64,000 nt of DNA from Carcharhinus amblyrhynchos. Lineage: Eukaryota. This document shows positions 39,779 through 51,040 of this stretch, piece by piece. The DNA lies in NCBI GenBank assembly GCA_965287045.1, contig OZ336870.1, positions 101,432,001 to 101,496,000 on the forward strand. The letters are read 5' to 3'. The notes below the pieces were generated by a model. That model was not told where the DNA came from. It was given only the letters and a program-made list of their open reading frames with translations, and did not search any database. Every line of letters begins with the position of its first letter. Position 1 is the stretch's first letter. Made by a program: the position numbers and the translations under genes.

Positions 39779-40433
39779 CAGGCAGTCCTTGGACTTGGGA
39801 CACAGTTAATTCCTGGAAAATGCATTGCAAGTCAAAATGTCATCAGTAACCAATTTCCCCATAGGAACAATATTAAAAATGGGCGGATTGGTTCTGTTAC
39901 TAGTGTTTACTGGTAATTTACCAGTAAACTACAACGTCATTTCCTGTAAGAGAGAAGTGCACAGCGTGTTTTAGATGTTCATCCTGATTCATTCAGACCT
40001 CTGCCAACTGGCCACAGCGACCATTCTCTGTAACTGGCCAAGCAGAAGGCTTCATACTGCAGGTGCAAAAAAAATGCTATTATAATCAGAGCAAGTTAAG
40101 GCCTCATTTCCAGGTTCTCAAAAACAATTTTCCAGTTTCTGGCTCTGGTGATGCACTACTGGGGAGCCGTATGTAGCAATTTTCCAGGCCAGACTTGCGG
40201 CCTCATAAGTGAAGGATGCAGGGGGCCTGGGGTTTTGTTAGGTGGTTTCACATATTCCCCAGGCTCATTCAAAGCATATTCAATTTATAAATCATACTTA
40301 CAAAAATGTAGAAGATGGGCTGGCATGGTGTCAAAGTTGAAACCGACATTGTAAATTCGAAACCGTGTCAATTTTTAAATGTCCCAAGTGTAGTTCGTTC
40401 TAACTTGAACATCATAATGTCATGGATTGCCAG
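39779..40433. mobile_element. Tigger/Tc1-mariner-like non-autonomous DNA transposon relic
   Basis: CAGGCAGTCCTTGGACTT start resembles Tigger TIRs; decayed inverse GTCATGGATTGCCAG; internal TTTCCCCATAGGAACAAT. Confidence 0.4.
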
Positions 40434-42045
40434 GGATCACAGAGCTCTTGGACTAGTTTAAGGTTTTGGACCTGATGAAATCTTCCAGGGGACATGTTTT
40501 CAATGTAGAGAACATCTCAGGAGAGGAGCCAATGCATATTCAACAATATGCACAAATTCAAACAAGATTGGCTTTCACAGTTGATTTAAAGTACGTAAGA
40601 AAGCTAGGAGAACTGTTTTGATTGGCTATTGTGTAACATATATTTTGCGTTGTAACCGTCGAAACAATCCTATAAACCTAAACATTCTTCCCTGTAAAAT
40701 ATTGGACTTTGATTAAAAATACCCAAGTTTGTGATTGTTTAGCTCGTATATAAAAGGCTGGATTGAGATTGCTGTCAGTTTAGTGACAAACGGAATGTTT
40801 GGATGTATACATTAGTCATGCAAACATCATATCTTAGTATGTATAATAGTTTGTAGAAATTGGGTGCTAATAACCCACATTGTAACTGAAAATTAGAGCT
40901 GAACCTTCAGTATGCGTTCTGAAGGGGAAGGCTGTCATTCAACTAAATGTTATTCACACAAATCATCTATATTTAATCAGGTAACAAATAGCTTCTAATG
41001 TGTATAATCAGTTAAGATTATTTAAAATTACAAAACGTGAACGCAGCTGAAATTTAGCTTTAAGTAGCAATGAATATTCAGGCAGTAGAGGAGGGCCCTT
41101 AATATTGTAAAATTTCCTTGAATTGAAAGCATGTAAGTTTCTGTTAAATAACTCTTGTCATGTACTCTTCTGCAGCATTTACATATTTATGTAACTTATT
41201 TCATATTTGACTTAAATTGACACTTCTGGCACTTCAGACTATTTTTAGAAAAGTAACAATGGTATTTTTTGTTGATTTGTTAACATAGAACAGTTGTAAA
41301 GTTTTCATATACATTATTAAAAATGCAAAATGAATAATGTTCTTTATCCAATACCTGCTTTTGGTTTCATATTTTATTATTTGGGTTGACTACTGAAAAA
41401 CAGGTGGCCAAAGCAAAATTGACACTTATATCTGTTTAGCTTGGATATGCTTAAAAATTTTTTAGCATTAATGTGTCACATTTGGATTGTCACTGTGAAT
41501 TGTTATTGTGCGGTATTAATGTGGCCTGTGCTTTATGTTTTGTGCAATGTTTTGGAAAATGTTCTTAGCATGTTGTGATTGCAGTACCCTGCCTGAAAAA
41601 AGAGGGTTGACTCTTTTATTACTTGTTTAGCGGTAACGTCACGTTTCTACTAACACATTGCTTTAGGACTTAGAATGCCATTATAATACAGTAATTTGAA
41701 AAGGACAATAATTGAAGCTCAAACTGTGAAAGTTGTTCCTTTTATTTTGCAAGCAACTATCACGGGATAACAACTGCAAGAAACATTAACACAAATATTG
41801 AACTGTAACATAAAGCTCTTGCCAAGGCCGCTTTAGAAGTGCAATTAAACATTTACACTGCCCTACCAGAACTGTAACCTTTTTCAACTTTAAGCAATAA
41901 CAGCCAGAACTCAAAGACTTAAACAATGAGAAAAGCAGTGATGTTACCCAAGCAACCCTGTAATAAAGGAGTGGACCCTTCCCTTCCATAGCTGTGTGCC
42001 AGTCTCTTGCGTCAGCTTACCATCGTTTCATTCCATCCATCCTAG

Positions 42046-43096
42046 GAGACTACAGATAAACACTGAGGAGCATGTGAAACGAAGTGCTGAATTTGCAGAT
42101 GGTTTGCTTTCAAAGGCCTTGAAAGACATTCAGTCAGGGGCATTGGACATGAACAAAGCAGCCATGCTTTATGGAATACCTCACCAGACTTTACTTCTCC
42201 ATTTGGAAGCCTTATCAGGAGGAGCAGCACCACTGAAAAATAAAACCAGAGATATCAGAGAAGGTTGCTTCTCGAAGACCTTTGGGGAACCTAATGCTCT
42301 TCTGCAAAAAGTTGCATTATGGGCTAGAGCTCAGGCAGAACATAGTCCCGATCAATGTAGCGAGCATCGAAAACTCACGCATGTTGAAACCTCAGAGTTG
42401 AAATTCCCCACTGCTTCCAGTTACCTCCATCAGTTAACCCTGCAAAGAATGGTTACACAGCTAAAAGAAAAAGATGACAGTCTTCATAATGAAAGTGTCA
42501 GTAGCTCTGTTGTACAGTTAAAAATCCCTCAGGTACGAGCAAGCTCTGTGCCCAAGTCCCAGCCTGACAGCTGTGGTCTCTTCGATGTTATGTACCAGGT
42601 ATCAAAAACGTCCTCGCTGCTGGAAGGATCAGCTCTTCAAAAACTCAAAACTATCCTACCCAAGCAGAGTAAAATTGAATGTTCCTTACCTTTGACTCAT
42701 TCTAGTGTTGATTCCTACCTACTGCATGGAGACCTTCCTCCACTTTGTCTTAATGTAAAGAATGGCACGATTGATGTGACATCTGAAAATGATAGTCAGG
42801 ATCATATTAGTCTGAAAGACAGTAAACAGCCAAGAAAAAAGCGTGGTCGCTATCGGCAATATGATCATGACATCTTAGAAGAAGCGATTACGATGGTAAT
42901 GAGTGGAAAAATGAGTGTCTCTAAAGCACAAGGAATTTATGGAGTACCTCACAGCACTTTAGAATACAAAGTAAAAGAAAGATCTGGGACACTGAAGACA
43001 CCTCCGAAGAAGAAGCTCAGATTAACAGACACTGGGTTGTTCAGTATGACAAATTCAGGGACAAGCAGCTCCAAAAGTAGCAACAAGTCTACATAA
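42046..43096 (+). CDS. LCORL: LCORL terminal coding exon with two pipsqueak-type HTH domains and a basic NLS-like motif
   Basis: catcctAG|G AGA CTA; inside ORF 41996..43096. Contains [47 protein letters not shown] and [67 protein letters not shown]. The six exons total 1679 nt; with 1 nt from exon 1 this is 560 codons in one frame. The middle region resembles LCORL, not LCOR. Confidence 0.97.
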
Positions 43097-46000
43097 ATCC
43101 TCTTAAAAAGGGATGTGACTCAGATGGACTTCACTATACAGTAAATGCTAATTCAACTAGTATTGTAAAACCACCCTTTGGCCTTCAGGCAAAGCATAGT
43201 TTCAAGCAGGGATCTGACTGTACGTAAAAAGGAATATACTTAGTACAGTCGCATGTGCTAGTTCTCATTTTAATGCTCTTGTAGAATAAAACTAATTGTG
43301 ATTTAGAGAAAGTTAATGTCCTCGTATGGAAAATGCCACATTATAGGTATTTTCAATGATTCCGTTGTAATACACACGTAATTGTCTCACACAGCATTAT
43401 TTTATAGGATTGGCTCACTGAGCCCAAGTCAGGAATAGAAATGAACTGACCAGTCTTACTACCTAAAGTAGGTAAGGAAATTCCATTCTTAAGTACAAAA
43501 TCACCCTGCCAACTCATTAAAAGTACAATGAATTCATAAATTTTTAGATAAACTTGGAAACTTCTTTTAATCAAAACTTTCAGAGCACACAATGTGTGCT
43601 ATATTTAAGTCCTGGTTTTTTTTTTGTACAAGTTACACAATTCAGATGTACATGTCAAATTATGGAGTAATGCAGACATTCATTTCACAAGTTTTAAAAT
43701 GCAAATTTTAGGGAGTGAGTGCCAACAATGGATTGACTAGTTAGAGTAAAGTGTTTTGGGAGTTGTGAAATTCTGCACTAAGTAATCTATCCTGTTGGCA
43801 AGATTTATGAGACTCATTTCCTCCATCCCTGTAATCTTCCCAATCCACTTAAGTGAATGCTGCTTTGGCAAATAGCCTGCTCTGGAGTCTCATGCTTTCC
43901 ACTGGCTAACTTCCCATCAGCCATGAAGACTGTCTTTTTCCTCCACTGTCCAGCCAACAATTGCCTGCCTCCACATGCCCAATGGATGCACATAGTGAAT
44001 GAAATTGACAGCTCTGTAAAATGAGAGTTTAAATCCATATGTAAAACATTGGAACTCCAGAGTGCTCACAGTAGGCAAACATTTTGTTTAAAGTTTTAAT
44101 TTCCTGCCACATTTTGGGTACCTGTGATTATTTATGAATGGAAAAGATTTAAAATGTCACATGTCTCAAATTTGAAGGCTGAGAATGGAACAACTTAAAT
44201 AGATACTGGAAATTGAAAAGGAAATATGAATAATTTTATTGAGAAATAGATAAGCTGTTGGTGCAAAAGGAATGACTAACGAATCGATAGAGCACTGTAT
44301 AGAGCATGATGCATAAGATGCACTGAAGAAGCTTGAGAATAGATTGTTTTGTTGCTCTTGTTAGTCTGTATTTAATTAAAAAAAAATAGGTATAGTATGT
44401 CGTAATAAGTTTGCAATTTCTCACACTCCCAGGACAGAATTTTACTAACTGTAAACTTACCTGCTGCTAAGTGTTCTTGTCAGAGACTTGAAAATTCAAG
44501 TTTCACAAAGATATTCCAACTGGTTCAGTTTTTGTATCCATATACATTGTAATTTTGAGTACCAAATTCAGCTGTTGCTTCTCCTCTAGCAACCATTTCA
44601 GTTTTTGTGTCCATATACATTATGACTCTAAGCATCAAATTCAGCAGTTATGGTCCTTCTTGTTTTACAAGGGCAATCCATCTGCTTCAATTTTTGTTCA
44701 TATTCATTATCATTTTGAGTACCAAATTCAGCAGTTGCATTTTGACATGGATTTAACAGAAAGAAGCTTTTGAATTCAGGGTCTCAATATGGTTAGATAA
44801 GAAAGAAAAGCTCTGAACAGTTTTAGGTTTCTCTTGTGTTGCTGATAATACAGTTTTCCAATTTTATGACTTAGGGTAAATTTAAAAAAAAATTGTGTGA
44901 ATTTGTGTTTAAGGCCTCACCTTTGTAGTTCATACTGAAAAAGTTAAAATTTTGTTCTGAATTTGTGAATTTTAAGGATCAGGTGAAGTTATGTTTTCAC
45001 TTTAAAGTATCACATGAGATAAAAAAAGATTGGGCTTGCTCAAGTTTGGCAGGATGTATGTGACAGCATTTTGCTAACCTGATAAAAAGAAAGTGGCGTG
45101 TTTCAATTTAGTAATTTTAGATCTGTCCACAATTTAAGCAAAAGTAATTAAAATGCTGAGCAAGCCCTAAAGACATGGTTCAAACTTAGTACTAGGGATG
45201 TCACGATATTATGGTAGTCATTGAAAATGCATGGTCATCATTTTCTCATTTTTCTCTCATTTCTTGTCATTTTTGCATTATAAAATCATCTGAAGTGTGC
45301 AACATGAAAAGTCGTCCTCTCGTAATCAAACATTACAATGGAAACTGATTTTTAATCTTAAACACAATTAAACAAACTGAGAAAATACATTTTATATATA
45401 TATATAGTGACTAAATCAGTTTGGGGTTGAGTGGTGGAAATGCATCATTTGAAGAAATGGAAAATATTGAAGAGGATCACTGGCATTATTAATTTAAATT
45501 CTTAATTGGGAATAATTTAGTTTCTCATTTTTATTTTTGTAGGTGTTGTTAGCTTTTTATAAAGTGTATAAAACCCAAGTTTTATTTTTAGTGATAGGAA
45601 AGCAGATTTCTGAAACATGATTTATTGAACTACTGTGCCACTATCCATTTGTAATTAAATTTCTTTCCTCCATAATATATTAATATCGTGACAACCGACT
45701 TTAGTACTCAAGAATGTTTCTGGGAAAATTTTGTATTACAAAACAGTGCCTCTGTTTTTAGAATTACTGCTCAGTAATGTTTAAACCATTTTCTGGTAGA
45801 TAATGGGAAAATTTTATATTGTATATTATGTTTAGTAAAACTGATTTTTAGTTTACAGTAAGTACAGATTATCACTTCTGTTTATTTTCAAATTGCAGTA
45901 CAGTATTTCCATTATCACAGTAATATAGCTAAACTCTGTGGCTGCCTTGATTTTAAAAATTGGTTAATGTAAAACTGATTTTAGATGATTAGTTATATTT

Positions 46001-46400
46001 ATGCATAAATCAATTGCACTATATTCATGAATTATTTATTACAATATTTTCTAATGAAAACAATGTTATCTGGACAATGTGTCTTGTGGTGTTAAACATT
46101 TACTGTGATTCTGTTTTCCTATGATGTGTTGTTTAATAATCCTCAATCTGTACAGATTTCAGCTGTTTTAATTATTGTGTTTATAGGTTGTAATTTGTAG
46201 TAAAGCACTTTGATGCTTTTGCACATAAAACTGAAAACTAGTAAAATTTGATTGTTGTCTTTTTTATCTATAGTAGATTGTAAAGTTGTTTGCCCTTGGT
46301 ATTTATTATTCTGCATCCTAGTACATAGAAAAAAATCAGGAGTCGAAACTTTTTCAGAGGTCAAAGTTTTCCATTGCTTCTATCCTCCAGTTATGCTAAC
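43097..46400 (+). other. LCORL: Putative long LCORL 3'UTR (3' end uncertain)
   Basis: AT-rich and free of recognisable transposons after the TAA stop; AATAAA at 43285-43290 and variant AGTAAA near 46199; several miRNA seed matches. Confidence 0.55.
44524..44738 (+). repeat. Three diverged ~55-bp direct repeats in the putative 3'UTR
   Basis: Copies at 44524-44578, 44597-44651 and 44686-44738: TTCAGTTTTTGT..CATATACATT..(TTTTGAGTACC)AAATTCAGC.GTT. Confidence 0.85.
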
Positions 46401-47084
46401 TGAAATACCTCTGCATCAATAGGACATCACTGCTGTTAGTGTTGATAATGTGCACACATTTGCTTGGTAGTGATCTGAGCATTTAATTCCTCCTTTACAA
46501 AGAAGTGTTTTAATTATTGCTCTTACAGAAGTTATCTCTATTGTAGAGATAAGGAATAGAATTTCCATAGGCTTCTCCTGATCTGCTGCAGAAGCTTTGA
46601 ACCCTGGGAGAAATGGCATAAACAAGTTGTCAAACCATTTGAATTAGTAAGACATTAGAAATGATCACAACATAAATTGGGACATTATTGTTTCCTGGTA
46701 ATTTGATATAATAGCAACACAAGACACTAACTGTAAGATTAATGGAAATTGGACAGTTGTCCATCAGGACAAGAACAAAATGTGCGGAAGTTCAACTTTA
46801 ACACCTCAACCAAACTTTATTCCAGTTAAAGTAACATACATGATAGTTCATGTAGACTTCACCACGCGTGAAGACCAAAAATTGGGGTATTAAGGATTTC
46901 TCTTTGCCTGTCTTAAAATGTGTTATGGTAATTCTTGAATGAAGCGTTTCGATTTTTGAAAAGTGGAAATGGATCAAAGTTTTTGTGACTCCATAATTTC
47001 TTCTCCACTTAATACTATTCCACTGAAATTTCAGAGATATTTTTAGTTTGAAGATAAATATTGCTTCCATTGGCACGTTATGTA

Positions 47085-47330
47085 TATTGGTGCAGTGTTA
47101 GGTTGGTAGCATTTTTGCCTTTGTGTCAGAAATTGTGCATTCAAGTCCCACTCCGGGACCTGAGCACCAAAATGTAAGGCGTGCACTCTAGTGAAGTACT
47201 GAGGGAGTGCTGCACTGTTTGAAGTGCTGTCTTTCAGATGAAACATTAACCTGAGGCCTGTGGATGTGAAAGGCCCATTGGCCCTATTACAAAGAGAAGC
47301 AGGGGAATTATCTATCTTGCCCTGCAATTT
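47085..47330 (+). mobile_element. Deu-domain SINE (SacSINE1/AmnSINE1-like)
   Basis: TTCAAGTCCCACTCC B box; GTACTGAGGGAGTGCTGCACTGTTTGAAGTGCTGTCTTTCAGATGAAACATTAA Deu core. Confidence 0.85.
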
Positions 47331-47469
47331 TGTTTAAGTTGTATTGAAAGTAATGCTCTGTGATGTAGTTTGTGGGAAGGGCATGTACTAATCTCAACAC
47401 TAGTTTAATGGGCTAATTAGAAAGAAGGTAGAAGTGGAATGAAAAGGCTTTGAATCTGCTCTCATGAAT

Positions 47470-49250
47470 GGAGGATTGACTAACTGCTGAGTGAGATAAA
47501 TGGGTCATTTTCAGGTTGGCGAGTTGTAACTGATGGAGTACCACAGGGATTTATATAGATGATCTGGAGGAGGGAACTGAGTGTAGGGTGTCGAAATTTG
47601 CTGATGGCACCAAGATTGGGGGAAAGGCAAATTGTGCGGAGGGTGTGGAGAGTCTGCAGAAGGATCTAGATAGGCTGGGCGAATGGGCCAGGAAATGGCA
47701 AATGGAATTTAATGTTGGCAAGTGCGAGGTGGTCCACTTTGGTAGGAAGAATGGTAGGAAGGACTATTACTTACGTGGCGAAAAACTGCAGCAGGCGACA
47801 GTGCAGAGGGACCTCGGGGTCCTTGTGCATGAGTCGCAAAAACCCAGCTTGCAGGTGCAGCAGGTGGTCAGGAAGGCGAATGGGATGCTGGCCTTCATAG
47901 CGAGGGGGATTGAATATAAAAGTAGGGAGGTCTTGCTGCAGCTGTATAGGGCATTGGTGAGGCCGCAGCTGGAGTACTGTGTGCAGTTTTGGGCGCCGCA
48001 CCTGCGCAAGGATATTTTGGCCTTGGAGGGAGTGCAGAGGATGTTTACTAGGCTGATACCGGAGTTGAGGGGATTGAGCTATGAGGAGAGGCTGAATAAA
48101 CTAGGCTTGTAGTCATTAGAGTTTAGAAGAATGAGGGGAGATCTCATTGAGACGTATAAGATGATGAATGGGATGGATAGGATAGAGGTGGAGAGACTCT
48201 TCCCACTCAAAAAAGACAGTAGGACTAGGGGGCACAGCCTCAAGATAAAGGGGAGGCGGTTTAGAACGGAGTTGAGGAGGAACTTCTTCACTCAAAGGGT
48301 GGTGAATCTCTGGAATTCTCTGCCCGTTGAAGTGGTGGAGGCTGCCTCGCTAAATATTTTAAGAAGCGGGTTGATGGGTTCTTGATAAGAGGGGATTAAG
48401 GGTTATGGGGAGAGGGCGGGAAAGTGGAACTGAGCCACGACAGATCAGCCATGATCTTATTGAATGGCGGGGCAGGCTCGAAGGGCTAGATGGCCTACTC
48501 CTGCTCCTATTTCTTATGTTCTTATGATTAATGCTGGGATCTCAGTATTTATAATCTATGTTTAATGACTTGGATGAAGAGACCAAGGATACTCTAATCA
48601 AATCTGCTTATTATGCAAAGATAGGAAAGCAAGTTGTGGTGCAGCAAGAAATGAGAAAAGTGAAAGGGATATTCACTTTTATTGCAATGGCAATGGAACA
48701 TAAAAGTAGGGAAACCTTTCTACAGCTGTACAGGGCACCTGGAGAATTTGGACTGTTGCTTAAAGGAGAATATACTTGCATTGTAAGCAGTTCAGAAAGC
48801 TCCCTATGATGGGGGGGTTATGAAGAAAAGATTGAGCAGGTTGGCCCTAAACTTATTGGCATTAAGAAAAATGGGAGTTGATCTGATTGGAGCATATACA
48901 ATTCTGAAGGGGCTTGACAGGATGGATGCAGAGCTGATGTTTTCCATCATGGGGAAATTTAGAACTATTGGTCAGAGTTTTAAAATCAGGGGTCAACCAT
49001 TTTAAAACCAAGATTAGATTTTTTTTTCTTTGAGGGCCATTAGTCTTTGGGATTCTCTTCCTGGAGAGTAGCGGAGGCTGGGTCATTGAGTATATTTAAG
49101 ATCAAGTTAGACTGAATGTTGATTTACAAAAGAATCGGGGGTTATGGGAGACAGAAAAGAAAATGAAGTTAACATCGTGAACAGATTAGCTCCGAATTTA
49201 TTGAAATGGCAAGTAGGCTCAATGGGCTAATTGGCTTACTCTTATCTGTC
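47470..49250 (+). mobile_element. Old CR1 host (47470-47550 and 48527-49250) split by a young CR1
   Basis: GGAGTACCACAGGGAT (GVPQG) resumes as TAATGCTGGGATCTCAG..AATGACTTGGATGAA (NDLDE). Confidence 0.8.
47551..48526 (+). mobile_element. Young 5'-truncated CR1 LINE, RT C-terminal half, inactive
   Basis: ORFs 47588..48112 and 48131..48385 share a frame and are separated by one TAG (GL*SLE for GLYSLE); FADG in place of FADD; TTCTTATG tail; GATT at both junctions. Confidence 0.95.
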
Positions 49251-50010
49251 ATTCAGTTAAATCTTGGCTGGCCTGTACCTGGAGTTCATCAACCGACCTG
49301 CCTTTATTCCAAATCCCAAGGTATCTTTACATGTCAATGTTTCTCAGCCTTGCAAGCTCCAATTGACCTGATTTTCTGTCTTTTGGAAAAGAGTTCTAGA
49401 TTCCTACTGATCTTTGTGAGAAAGTGCCACCTTAATTTGATCCTAAATGTTGAGCGTGGTGAAGTTGGGAACAGGGGTTGATGAAAGGGCAAGGTCTCTC
49501 CGAAAAAGAAAAAATATGCATTCGGAAACCTAAGCAGTAGCCATCTGGATTTGGAGCAGTTAACTAGGCCACACTCTCAAACAAAAAAAAATCCCACAAA
49601 CATTTAAAGGGGCCTTTCAACTATCAGAAATCAGTCTGGGCTCCTTGGCAGCCGCTTCTACTTCGAGCCTGCAGATCACACTGGGGAATAGCAACCCACC
49701 ATTTGGAAGCCCGACTCTAAGCCATTTGTACTTTTTTAAGATCAACCGATGTTGATAGGGTTGCAGACGTACTGTGACATGTGTAAGCTTTTGAAGTGAG
49801 GAAAATAGGAGGAGGTCAAGGGGAGAAACTTCATTCTGCTGAATGAATATGTTGCAGAAGCTTAATGCAACCAAGAGTTTAAGAAACAGTGGTACTTTTT
49901 TATTTATTTTCATAGGATGTAACTGTCACTGGCAAGGCCAGCATTTGTTGCCTATCCTAATTGCCCTTTTACTGAAGTGGCTTGCTAGGCCACTTCAGAG
50001 GACAGTTAAC

Positions 50011-50389
50011 ATATAAGATGATGAATGGGATGGATAGGATAGAGGTGGAGAGACTCTTCCCGCTCAGAAAGGACAGTAGGACTAGGGGGCACAGCCTCAA
50101 GATAAAGGGGGGGCAGTTTAGAACGGAGTTGAGGAGGAACTTCTTCATTCAAAGGGTGGTGAATCTCTGGAATTCTCTGCCCGTTGAAGTGGTGGAGGCT
50201 GCCTCGCTAAATATTTTTAAGACGCGGGTTGATGGGTTTTTGATAAGCGAAGGGATTAAGGGTTTTGGGAAGAGGGCGGGAATGTGGAACTGAGCCATGA
50301 CAGATCAGCCATGATCTTATTGAATGGCGGGGCAGGCTCAAAGGGCTAGATGGCCTACTCCTGCTCCTATTTCTTACATTCTTATGTTC
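50011..50389 (+). mobile_element. Young CR1 3' fragment
   Basis: Nearly identical to 48154-48526; ORF 49982..50293 YKMMNGMDRIEVERLFPLRKDSRTRGHSLK. Confidence 0.93.
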
Positions 50390-50484
50390 ATGTCAACCAT
50401 ATTGCGTTGGCTCTGGAGTCACATGTAGCCACACCAGGTAAGGATGGCAGATTTCCTTCCCCAAAGGACATTAGTGAAGCAGAT

Positions 50485-51040
50485 TCATCACACCAGTGCT
50501 CTTGATCTTCCTTGCTGCAGAGCTCCAAGTTGCCCTCAGCAAGCTCCCTACTGGAGTGGAACAAAAGTACAGCATAAATGGGAATCCGATCAAGCTCTGC
50601 CACCTGCAGGCCAGATCCAAGGTTGGCCCCAACAGTGTTATTAAACTGCAGTATGCAGACAATCCTTACATCTGCACATAGTGAGGCTGGGTTTTCAGCC
50701 ATTGTCAACACAGCCCCCCTTTGCACGCCTGACACAAAACTCTCAAAACAAGTACCTCCTGGGAGATGAGGCAAATGAGCCTCAGGAGAGGAAGCAAGAA
50801 CTGAAGGACACTTTCAAACCCTTAAAAAAGCATCTAGGAAGGAGCTGAACTCCTGGAGTTCCATCACCGATAGAAAGCTGAAAATGTATGTCAACAGTAA
50901 AAGGGCAACTCCATCTGCTCCAACCATCATTGTCCCGTGGGTGACCAAGACTGTAGATCGTGCGTCAAATTCCTCCAGAAAATGCATTGCTTGTGGAAGC
51001 AAGCAAGTCATCTTAGATTCCAAAGGACTGCATAAGGAGG
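50485..51040 (+). mobile_element. RTE-clade LINE fragment with internal deletion
   Basis: ORF 50496..50681 KLPTGVEQKYSINGNPIKLCHLQARSKV...VIKLQYADN matches the RTE/BovB-type GVxxxYRxDGxLFNLRRL..ELQYADD segment. Confidence 0.7.

Noticed and set aside
41996-42045. GTG start of the 366-aa ORF as a single-exon gene
   Set aside because: The ORF is the spliced terminal exon of LCORL; five upstream exons join it in frame
44524-44738. Repeat-spacer pattern as a CRISPR-like array
   Set aside because: Vertebrate DNA, only three diverged ~55-bp units, irregular spacers and no cas genes
47588-48385. Functional or domesticated reverse transcriptase
   Set aside because: 5'-truncated, FADD changed to FADG, internal TAG and a late frameshift
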